64,000 nucleotides of DNA from Carcharhinus longimanus. Its lineage: Eukaryota. Both the position numbers and the translations under genes were made by a program. The stretch's first letter is position 1. Each line of letters begins with the position of its first letter. The DNA lies in contig JASCQW010000132.1 of the NCBI GenBank assembly GCA_030264375.1, positions 70,999,478 through 71,063,477 on the forward strand, given 5' to 3'. The notes beneath the pieces were generated by a model. The model saw only the letters and a program-made list of their open reading frames with translations, did not search any database and was not told the origin of the DNA. Positions 24,074 to 36,589 of this stretch are shown here, in pieces.

Positions 24074-24756
24074 GGGGATAAATTAACTCTGCTAAAGATG
24101 GCCAGAAACCTGCCGTTTCTTGAAGTGAAACATTATGAATTCATCATCAGAAATCCCTGCCTATCATTTTTCTTCAGGGAGCCAAAAGAGAATTCTCAGA
24201 CTTGCAATGTTTCCAATCACCATCTTGCAGGATTAAAGAAATAGTAATTTCTCAAATTTCTCTAAACATATCGGTGCATGCCATCTCTTGTTTTTATAAT
24301 CACTTTTTTGTGCATTTATCTTTCGAGACTGAGTGAGTGGGTGTTGTCATGATTTACATTTTAGGTGTTGAAAAAAATAACATGTATGTCATCTTTTAAT
24401 CTAAACCTATGAGAAAACATGTCTTAGGCCTGTTCTTGAAAGTCAGAGCAGAGGAGTGATTGAAATACCTCATCTTAAAAATACACCTTGGTGCGATCAA
24501 TCTGGAGATGGGAAAAAGGGGAAATTATTCTACATTTCTATCCTATCGATTATAATGTCGAAAGTTGTGGAAAGTTTGCACTCAGCCGGCTGCCGAGTAG
24601 CTAAAGTAAAAAGTAATGTTTATTTATTAGTCACATGTAGCTTACATTCACACTGCNNNNNNNNNNNNNNNNNNNNNNNNNNNNNNNNNNNNNNNNNNNN
24701 NNNNNNNNNNNNNNNNNNNNNNNNNNNNNNNNNNNNNNNNNNNNNNNNNNNNNNNN

Positions 24757-24862
24757 AATTGGCCTGATCAGTCATCTTCGGACACACCGCAACCAGCCTC
24801 AAAATGACTAATGGTGTCGAGGTCCTCATCGATAACGATGGACGAGCAACAACAACAACACT
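24757..24862 (+). mobile_element. RTE-clade LINE 3' end
   Basis: IGLISHLRTH C-terminal motif; GTCCTCATCGATAACGATGGACGAG hairpin and (CAA)n tail. Confidence 0.8.
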
Positions 24863-24869
24863 GTCTTTG

Positions 24870-25075
24870 ACAATCAATTATATCCTTGAACTTCTTGCAT
24901 CACAATATCTTTGCAGCTGCAATCATGGCAGTGATCTGCTCCCATTGCTTTTCTAATATGTCTCTGGAAGAGCATCTGGTGAACTGTAGAAACACAACCT
25001 CTCTCCTCCCTTCCAAACTCTCCACCAAAACTATGCAGTATCAAGAAAGTTTGGAGTCCTCTCTCTTCTGCCATT
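24870..25075 (-). pseudogene. PIF/Harbinger Myb/SANT exon remnant
   Basis: RERTPNF / VLVESLEGRREVVF..KQWEQITAMIAA..CKKFKDI. Confidence 0.75.
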
Positions 25076-25424
25076 CCTCACTGTCTCTTAGGTCAGGTTC
25101 ACTTCCTAACACAATTCTGGGGATCTGCTAGTATTCAGCTCCCTTTTACAGTGCAGGTTAGCTTGACAGAGAGTTCGGACGTTACAGTTTTGGAGCCTGG
25201 CTGATGTGTGCAGTCAATGAATTGTACAATGAGCATCGTCTGCACACAGAGACCATACCAATGAGCAGACAGCGGTAAGAGGATATGTTGCCCCAACTAA
25301 TTGTGATTCAAATCCCAGAGTCCATTATTACATTTCAGAGTTCAAAATTAAAAACTGAAATTTCACATGTGCACTGACACATAATGATCAATAAAACAGA
25401 ATGCTCCATGATGCTTCCCAAACC

Positions 25425-25555
25425 TTTTAAAGTTGATTTATTTGTCGCAAGTAGGCTTACATTAACACTGCAATTAAGTTGCTGTGAAAATTCCCTGGTC
25501 GCCACATTCTGGCACCCGTTTGGGAACACTGAGGGAGAACTTAGCACGGCCCATG
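25425..25555 (-). mobile_element. 3' part of HE1-headed SINE with alternative tail (family of 31785-32155)
   Basis: CAAGTAGGCTTACATTAACACTGCAAT..ACTGTGAAAATTCCC; similar pieces at 24600-24656 and 27975-28090. Confidence 0.8.
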
Positions 25556-25559
25556 GGGT

Positions 25560-27465
25560 CCAGCTTCTTGCGTGCTGTTGCAGTTTCATTCATCTAGGCA
25601 AGCGTTGAGTATTTTATCACACACTTGACTTGCATCTTGTATAGGGTGGACAGACTCTGGGAAGTCAGGAGATGAGTTACTCACCATGGCATTTCCAGCC
25701 ACTGACCTGCTGTTAACATCACAGCATTGTTATGTCTGGTTCAGTTTAGATTCCGATCAATGGTAACCTTCGGGATTTTAATAGTAATGGTGTTAAATGC
25801 CATGGGGAGATGGTTAGAATGTTGGAGATGGTCATTGCCTGGCACTTGTGTGTTGTGATGTGAATTGTCACTTACCAGTCCTAACCTGAATGTTGCCTAG
25901 GTCTTGCTGCATATGTACATGGGCTTATTCAGTATTTGAGGAGTTGTGAATGGTAGTAAACACTGTGCAATTAATGAGTGAATACTCCCCTTCAGACCTT
26001 ACGATGGATAAAAGATCATTGATGACACAACTGAAAATGGCTGGGCCTATTACACTTCCGTGTGGAACTCCTGCAGCAGTTTCCCAGAGCTGAGCTGATT
26101 GGCTTCCATCATCTTCCTTTGTGCTAAGTATACCTCCAACCAGTGGAGAGTTTTGCCTCTCATTCACATTTTGCTCCGGTATCTTTTATTTCACACTCGG
26201 TCAAATGCTGCCCTGATGTCAGAGTCAGCCGCTTTCACCTCATTGAATTCAACTCTTTCTCCGTGTTTGGAAGAATGATATAATGAGGTTAGAAGATGAA
26301 TAATGCTGGCAGAGCACAAACTGAGAATCAGTGAGCAAGTTTATGCTGTGTAAGTGCCACATGATGACACTGTTAATGACACATTCCATCATTTTGTTAC
26401 TTATTGAGAATAGTGTGGATTAGATATGTCCTAATTTTATTGGACAGACCTGGCCAATATTTCACGTTTTCAGGTAGATGCCAGTGTTATAGCTGCAGTG
26501 GAACAGCTGGGTTAGGGGATTCCAGTTCTGGAACATAAGACTTCAGTATTACTGCCAGAGTTTTGTCAGGGTCCATGACATTTGCTGCATCTTGTACTTT
26601 CCTCCCTTTCTTGATATCACATAAATGCAGTTGGATTGGCTGAAGACTGGCATCTGTGTTGCTGGAGGAACTTAGGAGGTGGCTAACGTGAATCATCCAT
26701 TCAATAAATTGAAGGTGGTTGCAAATTCTTCAGCCTTATATTTTGTACTGCTGTGCTGGGCTCCTCCATCATTGAAGATGGAGAAGTTTGTGGAGCATGT
26801 CACCTCCAGTTTGTTGTTTAATTTCCACCATATTCATGACTGGGTGTGTTGGGAGTGCAGAGCTTTGATCTGATCCATTTGTATGGGGTCGCTTAGCTTT
26901 GTCAATTGTTTGCTGCTTCTGTGTTGTCCTGTGTTGCAGATTCACAAAGTTGACACATCATTCTTAGGCATGGCTCATGCTGCTCATGCCATATCTGCAC
27001 TCTTCATTGAACAGGTTTGATGCCCTGGCTTGATGGTAATGACAGAGGGGGGGAGTCAGGCTGGAATGTGCCAGGCTATGAGGTTACATATTGTGCTTGA
27101 ATGCAATTCTGCACATGGCCCACAGCATCTGATGGTTTTGAATTGTTTGGCCTGTTCAAAGTCTTTCTCATTTAGCATGATGCTACTACCGTATAACACA
27201 ATAGAGACATCCTGAATGCGAAGATATGACTTTTGTCTCCATAGGATTGTGCAGTGATCTGCCAACAAATGCCGTCATGGACAGTTGCATCTGAGATGGG
27301 TATTTTGTTGAGAGCAAAATCAAGTAGATTCTTCCCTCAGGTTTTCCATCATTACCTGCTGCAGGCCCAGTCTGGATGATATGTGTTTTAGGTCTCAGAC
27401 AACTTGTTCAGTAACGGTGCTACTGAGCCACGCAGAGTACATTCTGTGCCTTTGCCACCCTCAGA
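25560..27465 (-). mobile_element. CR1-clade LINE (family of 33994-35802), decayed ORF2
   Basis: AGVPHGSVIGPAIFSCVINDL; continuous similarity to 39860-40292 and 44481-45300. Confidence 0.9.
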
Positions 27466-27612
27466 GATATATAGGTTCTTGATTGATAAGAGGATTGAAG
27501 GTTACCAGGAAAAGGTGGGAGAAAGGGGTTGAGAAACGTATGAGCCATAATTGGATGGTGGAGCAGACCTGATGGGCCAAATGACCTAATTCTACTCTTA
27601 TATCTTATGATC
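27465..27612 (+). mobile_element. CR1 3' tail
   Basis: GGTGGAGCAGACCTGATGGGCCAAATGACCTAATTCT..CTTATGATCTT. Confidence 0.8.
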
Positions 27613-27624
27613 TTTTCATCTTAT

Positions 27625-27852
27625 TCTGGAGTCCCATGTGGGCCAGACTAGGTGAGGATGGCAATTTCCTCCTCTAAAGGACATTAGTGAACTACATGGA
27701 TTTTTACAGAGGTTAGATTTTATATACAATTTATTTATTCATTAAATTTTAATACAACCAGCTGGTGTGATGGGATTTGAACTATTGTCCCAAGAGCATT
27801 AACCTGGGCCTCTGGATTACTCATGCAGTAACATTATCACTATGTCAACGTT
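27625..27852 (-). mobile_element. 5' part of tRNA-headed SINE/LINE head (family of 51275)
   Basis: Reverse complement of head including B-box-like GTTCAAATCCC. Confidence 0.75.
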
Positions 27853-27859
27853 TCCTGGC

Positions 27860-28290
27860 CTCAATTAATAGAGGTCTGCAGCACAGAAATAAAACAATTT
27901 ATACTAAACCTTTATAAATCAATGGTAAAGCCCAAACTGTAATATTGTGTACAATTCTGGTCACAACATCTTAACGCTTATTTATTAGTCACAAGTAAGG
28001 CTTACATTAACACTGCAAAGAAGTTACTGTGAAATTCCCCAAGTCGCCACAGTCCGGCACTTGTTTGGGTCTACGCACCTAAGGTGCATCCTTCCTAATA
28101 CACCTTAGGAAGGATGTCAAGGCCTTGAAGAGAACGTGGAGAAAATTTACTAGAGTGGTGCTAGAAATTGGGGACTTTGTGTAATTAACTAGAGAAGTTG
28201 GGAGTCTTTGCTTCAGAGTAAAGGAAATTAAGGGGAAAGTTAATGGACATGTTCAAATTTATGAGGGCCTTTTGACAGAATAATGGAGAA
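27860..28290 (+). mobile_element. CR1 RT C-terminal fragment with nested SINE tail (27975-28090)
   Basis: LYKSMVKPKL*YCVQFWS motif; resumes at CTTAGGAAGGATGTCAAGGCC. Confidence 0.8.
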
Positions 28291-29368
28291 ACAAACATGG
28301 AGATAAGAAGCATTCAACAAAATTAGAACTAAGGAATAACAAAACTCATGCACTGAATTTAAGGATAAAAATACAAATGCCATACAATAAAACAAAATAT
28401 GACTGCTTGCTTCTCCCCTTTCTGCATCACTTCCTCCTCCCCTCCCCCCTCTTCTACATTGTTATTTCAAAGCTTTTCATTTTAACATAATTGACTGTTA
28501 TAACTGGGTAAGGGATCTTCATATCCACATATTGTTCCTTGGGTTAGACATGGTTTCCCAGTTTCAGAAAAATAGGTTCTTAGATTCATAGCGCTTATGT
28601 AAGTAATGTATGAGACTCTGTTAATCCTGTGGGAAATAAGTCCACTCATTCTGTTTTTCCCTGATGGTAAAATTAATAACACAGTATAAGATAGTGAAAA
28701 GATTGTTCCAGTGACATTAATAAATGTAACATTTCAGGAGGAACTACACCATTAAAATATTTCATGCAAAATCAAAAAAAATATGAGGCATGTACTGACA
28801 TCACTATATTGCTAAGCAAGGCAAGGGCAGGAAGCTCTTAATTGCAGAGCTGTCACTCCAAGGCAAAGCCTGTAGTTTAGAAAAATTTACACCCCCTGTA
28901 GTTTCCAGCTAACACTATATTCATCTGGCTTTTAAGACAGGGACTTTACAGGTTTCTGCCATTTTAGTTAACTTCCGAAGGAACAGAGTGCATAATGTTA
29001 TTCGTGCTCAGGAAGCATATTGGCCAAGAATTTTTCATTTGAACTTTCAGTAACAGACGAATAATGGAGGATAATTTTTCATTCTGTCTTCAAATGAGAG
29101 GAAGCAGTGAAAATGTTCATAATTGATTACCGAGGTAGGACTCAGTGACATTTTCTTATAGATGGCTGCAGTGAAACTGTTCATGGTTGAATGTCACTCT
29201 GCTACATGGCAGACTGGCTTTCATGGAAAAGATAGTTATTTCATCCCCACCCCCACAAAAAGAATTCAATATAATTGTGCGCTTTAGCTCAGGAAAAGCT
29301 TCGGAAATCTCTTAATGTTTGCTGTCCTCTTTTTTTAAAGCATAACTTTATATACATTTGTATATATG

Positions 29369-29391
29369 TATATATATATATATATATATAT
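29369..29391. repeat. (TA)n microsatellite
   Basis: Direct. Confidence 0.95.
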
Positions 29392-31433
29392 GTATAAAAT
29401 ATTCCATCATTTTTTGGCTCCAGTGAAGATAGCAGGAAGTGAGGAAAAATGGAAGTTTAGTTTAAAATGCGGACAAGTATGCCTTTCTGCTTGACAGCCT
29501 GTAACATTTCCATGTACTGCACTTTGCATGGCAGAATAACTGTTAGTAATAGAATTTTCTCACAGTGGAGGTTAATTACTTTGCAGCTACAGCAAAATAA
29601 ATTTCCTGTCAGGTAAAGTGATGGGAATGTGCCTTTTTTTTAAACTATATTCACCTGTACTTCTAATTTGCTGGTAATTTCTGACACATTTAAGTTGTAC
29701 GTTTAGTGTTTGTTCTACTGTACAGCAAAGGCCCCCCAGGTATAGTGACGGTATATGCTAATACGGCAAGTGTTCACTTCTCCCCAGTGCATCTCCATGT
29801 TGAGATGCTTTCATGGTCTCCTACCCATCTCTGCAGAGGTCAGCTGTCCCAGGTGGCCTGCTGAGGTTCAAGATCTACTGATCCTGTAACTGGNNNNNNN
29901 NNNNNNNNNNNNNNNNNNNNNNNNNNNNNNNNNNNNNNNNNNNNNNNNNNNNNNNNNNNNNNNNNNNNNNNNNNNNNNNNNNNNNNNNNNNNNAAAGATT
30001 GTCTGCAGAAGGGCAAATTGTGGCACTACAGCATGTGATGATTAAAATATATGACACCCATTGTAACAAAAAATCAATGTAGCTCAGGTCACATCTAATA
30101 TTGAATCTGTCACCGGCCACAATATAAACAGGCCACATTTTTGATGCTAAACATAGTTTAAATACTGCCACATGGGCCATAGAATTAGAAGCGTTACCTA
30201 TCAAGTCGCAGCTGAAATATGCAAGTAAACCAGGATTTATTCAGGACACTATGGAAATAAAAGAGGCAAAGAATCAGATGTGGCACTTGCTATATAGCTT
30301 GGGGACGATGAAGTATCAGAGGTGGGAAAAGGAATTACCAACCCAGACAGGGTCTGTCAAAGCCAATAGTGGCTGCTTTATGATTTCTTACAAGCTTTGA
30401 TTCTACACATCAAATGCAGTAGGCTGCAAAAAACATTCCGTATATATAGCATCATTAGAATTTCAGTGAGCACTGGCGATTGATTCCTCAGATGTGATTC
30501 TCAGAAAATAAGGTTGCAGAAGCGTGGCTGAGTTTCAGGTGAAGTGTTATCACCTGTGTAAACTAATCAAGGCCCTTGTTATAATCTAATGTGGAAATAT
30601 AAAGTTGGCTGATTATTTTGTTTTTAGGTCCTACTAGCTCATTCCATCCTGTGTCATCTTCCATCACTGCTTCACACTTCCAGAAGCCCAGTCCCTGACA
30701 CAAATAGAGCAACACCACAGTCACATTAATATAATCCTTAAACCTGAATGACCTGTGCCCAAATCTCACTGAAAAAAATCAAAGCCATGGAAAAGGAGAG
30801 CTGATCTTAATCTACTAGCATTAACAGTTTTATTTCTAGCCATTGCTGACAAGCAGTAGTTAGAAAGCAGCATCTCCTTTGTAATTTTGCCCAATAATAT
30901 GAACAATAAAATTTGGTTTCCATTCTTAGTTATTTGTCTTACGTTTCATTTTTAGCTTTTCACAACATTAAAAAAAATTGCATCAAAATAGTCATAATTC
31001 ATTGAGGATAATAACAGCCTTGGGTCAAATATCATTACTAAAACTGATTAGTGGAACTTAATTCTTAACAATTACTGTGTTGTTGTATTGTAAGATAATC
31101 CTCGAGTCCCTGTACTTACTGGCAGGAACTCAGACAGGGATATCATATTGGTGCCAGGAGACTGCTACCTTGGAACTACACAATTGTAGTGTGATTTCCA
31201 AAAGCTTTTCTCAAACTTCACCAGTTAAAATAACATAAGAAGTAAATAGTTTTTAATAAAAATTATTTTCATCCAAAATTAGTTGAAGCACAATTATAGC
31301 GACCAATGAGAATAATGATAGGGACCATGAAACCAACGCAGAATAGCTGTCAGTTCTTTAAAACGTATGATCCCTGAATGTCAGGCTTCAAATTTCAGCA
31401 AAGCATTTCCTTGAAAACATCCAGGAGACACCT

Positions 31434-31732
31434 GGGGGTGCACAGCGGCACTACTGCCTCACAGCTCCAGGGACCTGGGTTCAATTCCAGCCTTGAGTCA
31501 CTGTCTGTGTGGAGTTTGCACATTCTCCGGGTGTTCCTGTTTTCTCCCACACCCCAAAGATGTGCGGGTTAGGTTGATTGGCAATGCTAAATTACCCTGA
31601 GTATTAGGAGGACTAACAATGTAAATACATGGGGGTTACAGGGAGAGGGTCTGGGTGAGATTGTTCTGAGTGCAGGCTCAATGGGCCGAATGGCCTCTTT
31701 CTGCACTGTAGGGATTCTATGGTTCTATGATA
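31434..31732 (+). mobile_element. HE1 SINE
   Basis: Head, body and TTCTATGGTTCTATGA tail. Confidence 0.9.
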
Positions 31733-31784
31733 TACCACATCTGCCATTTTTAAAAGCTATATGGGAAGTTCCTCCCTGTTGACG

Positions 31785-32155
31785 CTGGCACAGTGGCACA
31801 GTAGTCAGCACTGCTGCCTCATAGCACCAGGACACGGGTTCGATTCCAGCCTAGAGTGACTGTCAGCGTGGAATTTAAATGTTTTCCCCGTGTCTGCATG
31901 GTTTTCCTCCAGGTGCTCCGGTTTCTTCCCGCAGTCCAGAGATGTGCAGACTAGGTGGATTGGCCATGCTAAATTGCCCCTTTGAGCCATGGTCAGTGAA
32001 AGACATGCTGGTTAGGTGCATCGGCCATGCTAAATTCTCCCTCATTATACCTGAACAGATGCTGGAGTGTGGCGACTAGGAGATTTTCACAGTAACTTCA
32101 TTGCAGTGTTAATATAAGCCTACTAATAAATAAACACTAATAAATAAACTTTAAA
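31785..32155 (+). mobile_element. HE1-headed SINE with alternative 3' tail
   Basis: Same head and body as HE1, internal duplication of GGTTAGGTG..GGCCATGCTAAATT, ends TTCACAGTAACTTCATTGCAGTGTTAATATAAGCCTACTAATAAATAAAC. Confidence 0.85.
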
Positions 32156-33059
32156 CGCAATAGCCTTGTTGCTATGCTTCATGGAAAATGTCCATACCTA
32201 GAAGCGCAGGAACAGTTCTCTGTGTAATTGCAGTCGAGTTGAAGAGCTCACAGATCTACTGATTGCTTATTTCATACTGGTCAGGCAAGAGGATTCATAT
32301 TTGCTATAGAATGGTTAAGACATACAAAAGTCCTTCTTAAACCCTTTCAGATTTTTGACTAACAGTTTATCTCTCTCTTTATTTTGAATTTCCTTTTCCA
32401 ATTTTTATTGCACCACTTGTCACAAATAATCATGTTTCTATTTCCTGTAGTGTCATTCCTGCCTACAAGAACCTGAAGCCCCCTGATTGATATGTTCAGG
32501 AGAGAAAAAGTGAGACTGTCCTTACTGGACAGTGAAAATCAATTGCCAATCCTACAGTTTTTCGCTCTTTCGCTCATGTCTTGTACATATCCTTAGATCT
32601 AAGATACTTGTGGAACACCACTTCTTACCTTTTACCACTCTGAGTGACTACCCTCAAAGCCAACTCTCTGCTCACTTTTGTAGTTAGCTTGCTGTGTTAT
32701 CTGCTCCCTGAGTCCACAAGTCCTGAGGTTGAAAATCTAATAATTAAATATTTTCAACCTGGTATTAGCTTCTTTTCATCAGGAAACTACATAAATAATT
32801 TAAATCTATGATTGAGGTAAGTGTAGACCTACTGATTGTACCAAAAGCTTGGAGATGGATCACCAGTTGATTATGTTCTTCACTTCCAACCTGGACTCTA
32901 TTAGTTAAATACAGGTCACCCTTTGAACAGCCATTACTTGGTGTCCTGGAAACTTTTAAAGTCCTGCATTTTAGCTACCTTACTCTTACAAATGTAATCT
33001 TCCCAAAACTGAAAAAAAACCTTTAAAATGTAAACCATTAAACTAGCTAATTATGACAA

Positions 33060-33870
33060 GACAAAATATTTGCTCAATGTCTCTGTCATTTCCCATTATT
33101 AATTCCCAATCTCACTCCCTAAGGGATCAGTGCTCACTTTAACTACTCTTCCTTTTAATGTACACGTAGAAGCTTGTAGAATCATAGAATCCCTGAAGTG
33201 CAGAAGAAGGCTATTCAAGCCTTCTCCGATGACAATCCCACCGAGGCCCTATCCCCATAATCCCTCATATTTACCTTGATAAACCCTCCTGACACTAAGG
33301 GGCAATTTAGTGTGTCCAATCAACATAACCCACATGTCTTTGGAGTGTGGGAGGAAACTGGAGCACTTGTAGGAAACCCATGCCGACATGGGGGGAATGT
33401 GCAAATTCCACACAGGTAGGTACCCAAGACTGGAATTGAACCCGGGTCCCTGGTGCCATAATGCAGCAGTGCTAACCACTGTGCCATATTGCTGCCCTGT
33501 CAGTTTTTATATTTTTTTGGTTTTCTCTCTTGATCCAGTTTTCTCTTTGTGATTATTTTTTTGTCATCCTTTAATGGTTTCTAAAGTTTTCCCAATTTTC
33601 TGGGCTACCATTTATCTTTGAAGCATTGAATATCTTTTCTTTCATCTTGGTACCATCCTTAATTTCCTTCGTTAAACATGGATGATGCATCCTTCTCATA
33701 GAAACCTTCTTTCCCAATGAAATATGACTTTGTTCAGAGCTATAAAATATCTTCTTAAATCTCTGCCAAAACTTCTCTATCATCATATTAACTGGAAAAT
33801 ACTAGTTTCAGACCCACATTTCTCACCACCAAACTGAAAGTGAAATTCTATTATGTCATAATCACTTTTA
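33060..33870 (-). mobile_element. CR1 ORF2 fragment interrupted by HE1 SINE
   Basis: WQRFKKIF..HISLGKK..HPCLTKEIKDGTKMKEK..ENWENFR; flanks join across AGAAGCTTG / CTGTCAG. Confidence 0.8.
33178..33497 (-). mobile_element. HE1 SINE
   Basis: Near full-length reverse-complement match to other copies. Confidence 0.9.
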
Positions 33871-33993
33871 CCTAGGACAGGATTTTCCAGCCATGGAATC
33901 CTTATGACCTCCCAAGAGTACTGACAGAACCTTTGAGAAACATTTTCATTACATTGAAGAGTTAAAGCACAAAAAGAATTGATTTGAACAATT

Positions 33994-35802
33994 GCGGAGG
34001 TGATGGCCTAGTGGTATTATTGCTAGACAATTAATCCAGAAACTCAGCTAACGTTCTAGGGACCTGGGTTCAAATCCCCCTCCAGCAACTGGTAGAATTT
34101 GGATTAAATAAAAAGAAATCTGGAATTATAAGTCTACTGATGACCATGAAATCATTATCCATTGTCAGAAAACCACATCTAGTTCACTAATGTCCTTTCG
34201 GAAAGGAAATCTGCCGTTCTTACTTGGACTGGCCTACGTGTAATTCCAGAGCTACAGCAATTTGGTTGACTTTCAAGTCCCCTCAAATGGCCTAGCAAGC
34301 CAGTTGTATCAATCGCTACAAAGAAATCAAACCAGACAGACCACCTGGCATCGACCTAGGCACCGGAAAAGATAACAGAAAGCAAACAACCCTGTTGACA
34401 TTGCAAAGTCCTCCTTACCAACATCTGGGGGCTAGTGCCAAAATTAGGAGAGCTGTCTCACAGACTAGTCAAACAAGAGCCTGACGTAGTCATTCTCATG
34501 AAATCATGCTTTACAGATAACACTCCAGCCACCACCAATACCATCCCTGGATATGTCCTGTTCCACTGGCAGGACAGACCCAGCAGAGGTGGCAGCACAG
34601 TGGCATACAATCAGAAGGCAGTTGCCCAGAGAGTCCTTAACATTGGCTATGGGCCACATGAAGTCTCATGGCTTCATGTTAAAAATAGGAAAGGAAACCT
34701 CTTAAAGGTTACAACGTACCATCGTCCTTTGGCTGATGAATCAGTATTCCTCCATGTTGAACAATACTTGGAGGAAGCACTGAGGGTGGCAAGGATGCAA
34801 AATATACTCTGGATGGGGGTTTTCAATGTCCACCACCAAGTGTGGCTCGGCAGCAGCACTAATGATCGAGTTGGTTGGTCCTAAGGGGTATAACTGCTAG
34901 ACTGGGCTTGGACCAGAAAGTCAGGTGGATTCGCCACATAAACACAATAGCTACAAGAGCAGGTCAGAGGCTAGGAATACTGCAGCGAGTAACTCACTTC
35001 CTGACTTCCCAAAGCCTATCCAGCATCTACAAGGCACAAGTCAGGAGTGTGATGGAATACTCCCCACTTGCCTGATGGGTGCAGCCCCAACAATACTGAA
35101 GAAACTTGACACGATCCAGGATAAAGCAGCCCACTTGATTGGCATCACATCTACAAACATCCATTCCCTCCACCTCTGCACTCAGTAACAGCAGTGTGAA
35201 CTATCTACAAAATGCACTGCAGAAATTTATCAAAGATCCTTAGATAGCACCGTCCAAGCCCTTGGCCGCTTCATAAGAACATAAGAAATAGGAGCAGGAG
35301 TAGGCCATCCAGCCCTTCGAGCCTGCCCCGCCATTCAGTAAGATCANNNNNNNNNNNNNNNNNNNNNNNNNNNNNNNNNNNNNNNNNNNNNNNNNNNNNN
35401 NNNNNNNNNNNNNNNNNNNNNNNNNNNNNNNNNNNNNNNNNNNNNNAGATCATGGCTGATCTGTCGTGGCTCAGTTCCACATTCCCGCCCTCTCCCCATA
35501 ACCCTTAATCCCCTCGCTTATCTAGAAGGACAAGGGCAGCAGACAAATGGGAACACCGCCACCTGCAAGTTCACCTCCAAACCACTCACTACACTGACTT
35601 GGAAATATATCACTATTTCTTCACAGTCTCTGGGTCAAAATCCTGGAACACCCTCCCAAGCGGCATTGTGAGTCAACCCACACCACATGGATTGCAGCAA
35701 TTCAAGAAGGCCGCTCACCACCACCTCTCAAGGGCAACTAGGGATGGGTAAGAAATGCTGGCCAGCCAGTGATGCTTAAGTCCCACAAATGAATAAAAAA
35801 AA
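33994..35802 (+). mobile_element. CR1-clade LINE with tRNA-like 5' head, no visible ORF1, internally deleted ORF2
   Basis: A box 34004-34014, B box 34067-34077; APE endonuclease KVLLTNIWGLVPKL..PDVVIL..DRPSRGGS..MGVFNVHH; jumps at ~34910 to RT C-terminus (IYKAQVRSVMEYSP); tail AAATGCTGGCCAGCCAG..AATGAATAAAAA. Confidence 0.9.
35272..35520 (-). mobile_element. CR1 3' tail inserted in the LINE above (spans N gap)
   Basis: CATAAGAACATAAGAAATAGGAGCAGGAGTAGGCC; near-identical copy at 37817-37906. Confidence 0.85.
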
Positions 35803-35999
35803 TTGGTGCAAATGTACAAAAAGAAATTTATTAAAGTGTTTTCCATTTCACATATTCATCATTTATTATAATTGAAACATTTTCTTATTTAACAAAGTAT
35901 TGAATTCTTCTTTATGCCATTTTTACTTGGAGGAGTGACTTTACTTCTTTTGCACACAAATTAATATTAAGAGTGCTGCTGAAGAGCTGGATTATTGTG

Positions 36000-36030
36000 T
36001 CAGACAGGCACACACATGCACATCTCGCTC

Positions 36031-36072
<42 letters not shown>

Positions 36073-36215
36073 AGCGTTAGCCACATCTTTCACACTCATA
36101 TGCTCACCTCTCTCTCACACACGTACACACTTACACACACCTCTGTCAGACACAATCACACTCTCACCTACCTTTCTCATCTCTCTCTCTCATAAACACA
36201 TGCATACCCCACACA
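36000..36215. repeat. (CA)n microsatellite with CA/CT-rich flanks
   Basis: Pure run ~36036-36070. Confidence 0.95.
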
Positions 36216-36561
36216 CCATTGCCTCCCTTGACAGCTTTCCTTCCTGCCTCATTGCTATTTTCCTTCCAAGAACGGCCTTTACCTTACTCAGGGTCTGCTC
36301 TCTTCCCTGCTTTTGCCCTGGCCTGGAGCTTTGAGGATTCATTTCCCATTGTTTCCAGCTTGTCCTATCAAAGGTGGGCTTCTCATTGCATTGGTTGCAC
36401 ATAGGATCACTGATGAACCTATTAGCAACCAATCTTAGATTGGAAGTGACTTAGAACATTTTTCACATTTAATACACCAAACTGAACGTCTAGATCTATC
36501 CAATTGAATCACAGGGTATGTGGAACCCATTTTGGAAAATGGGTCCTTTACTATGAACTCA

Positions 36562-36587
36562 TTAATTAATTAATTAATTAATTAATT
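36562..36587. repeat. (AATT)n microsatellite
   Basis: Direct. Confidence 0.9.
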
Positions 36588-36589
36588 CT

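Noticed and set aside
35341-35452. AGATCA on both sides of the gap as a biological repeat
   Set aside because: Contig overlap across a placeholder 100-N gap; the copy at 37817 reads continuously
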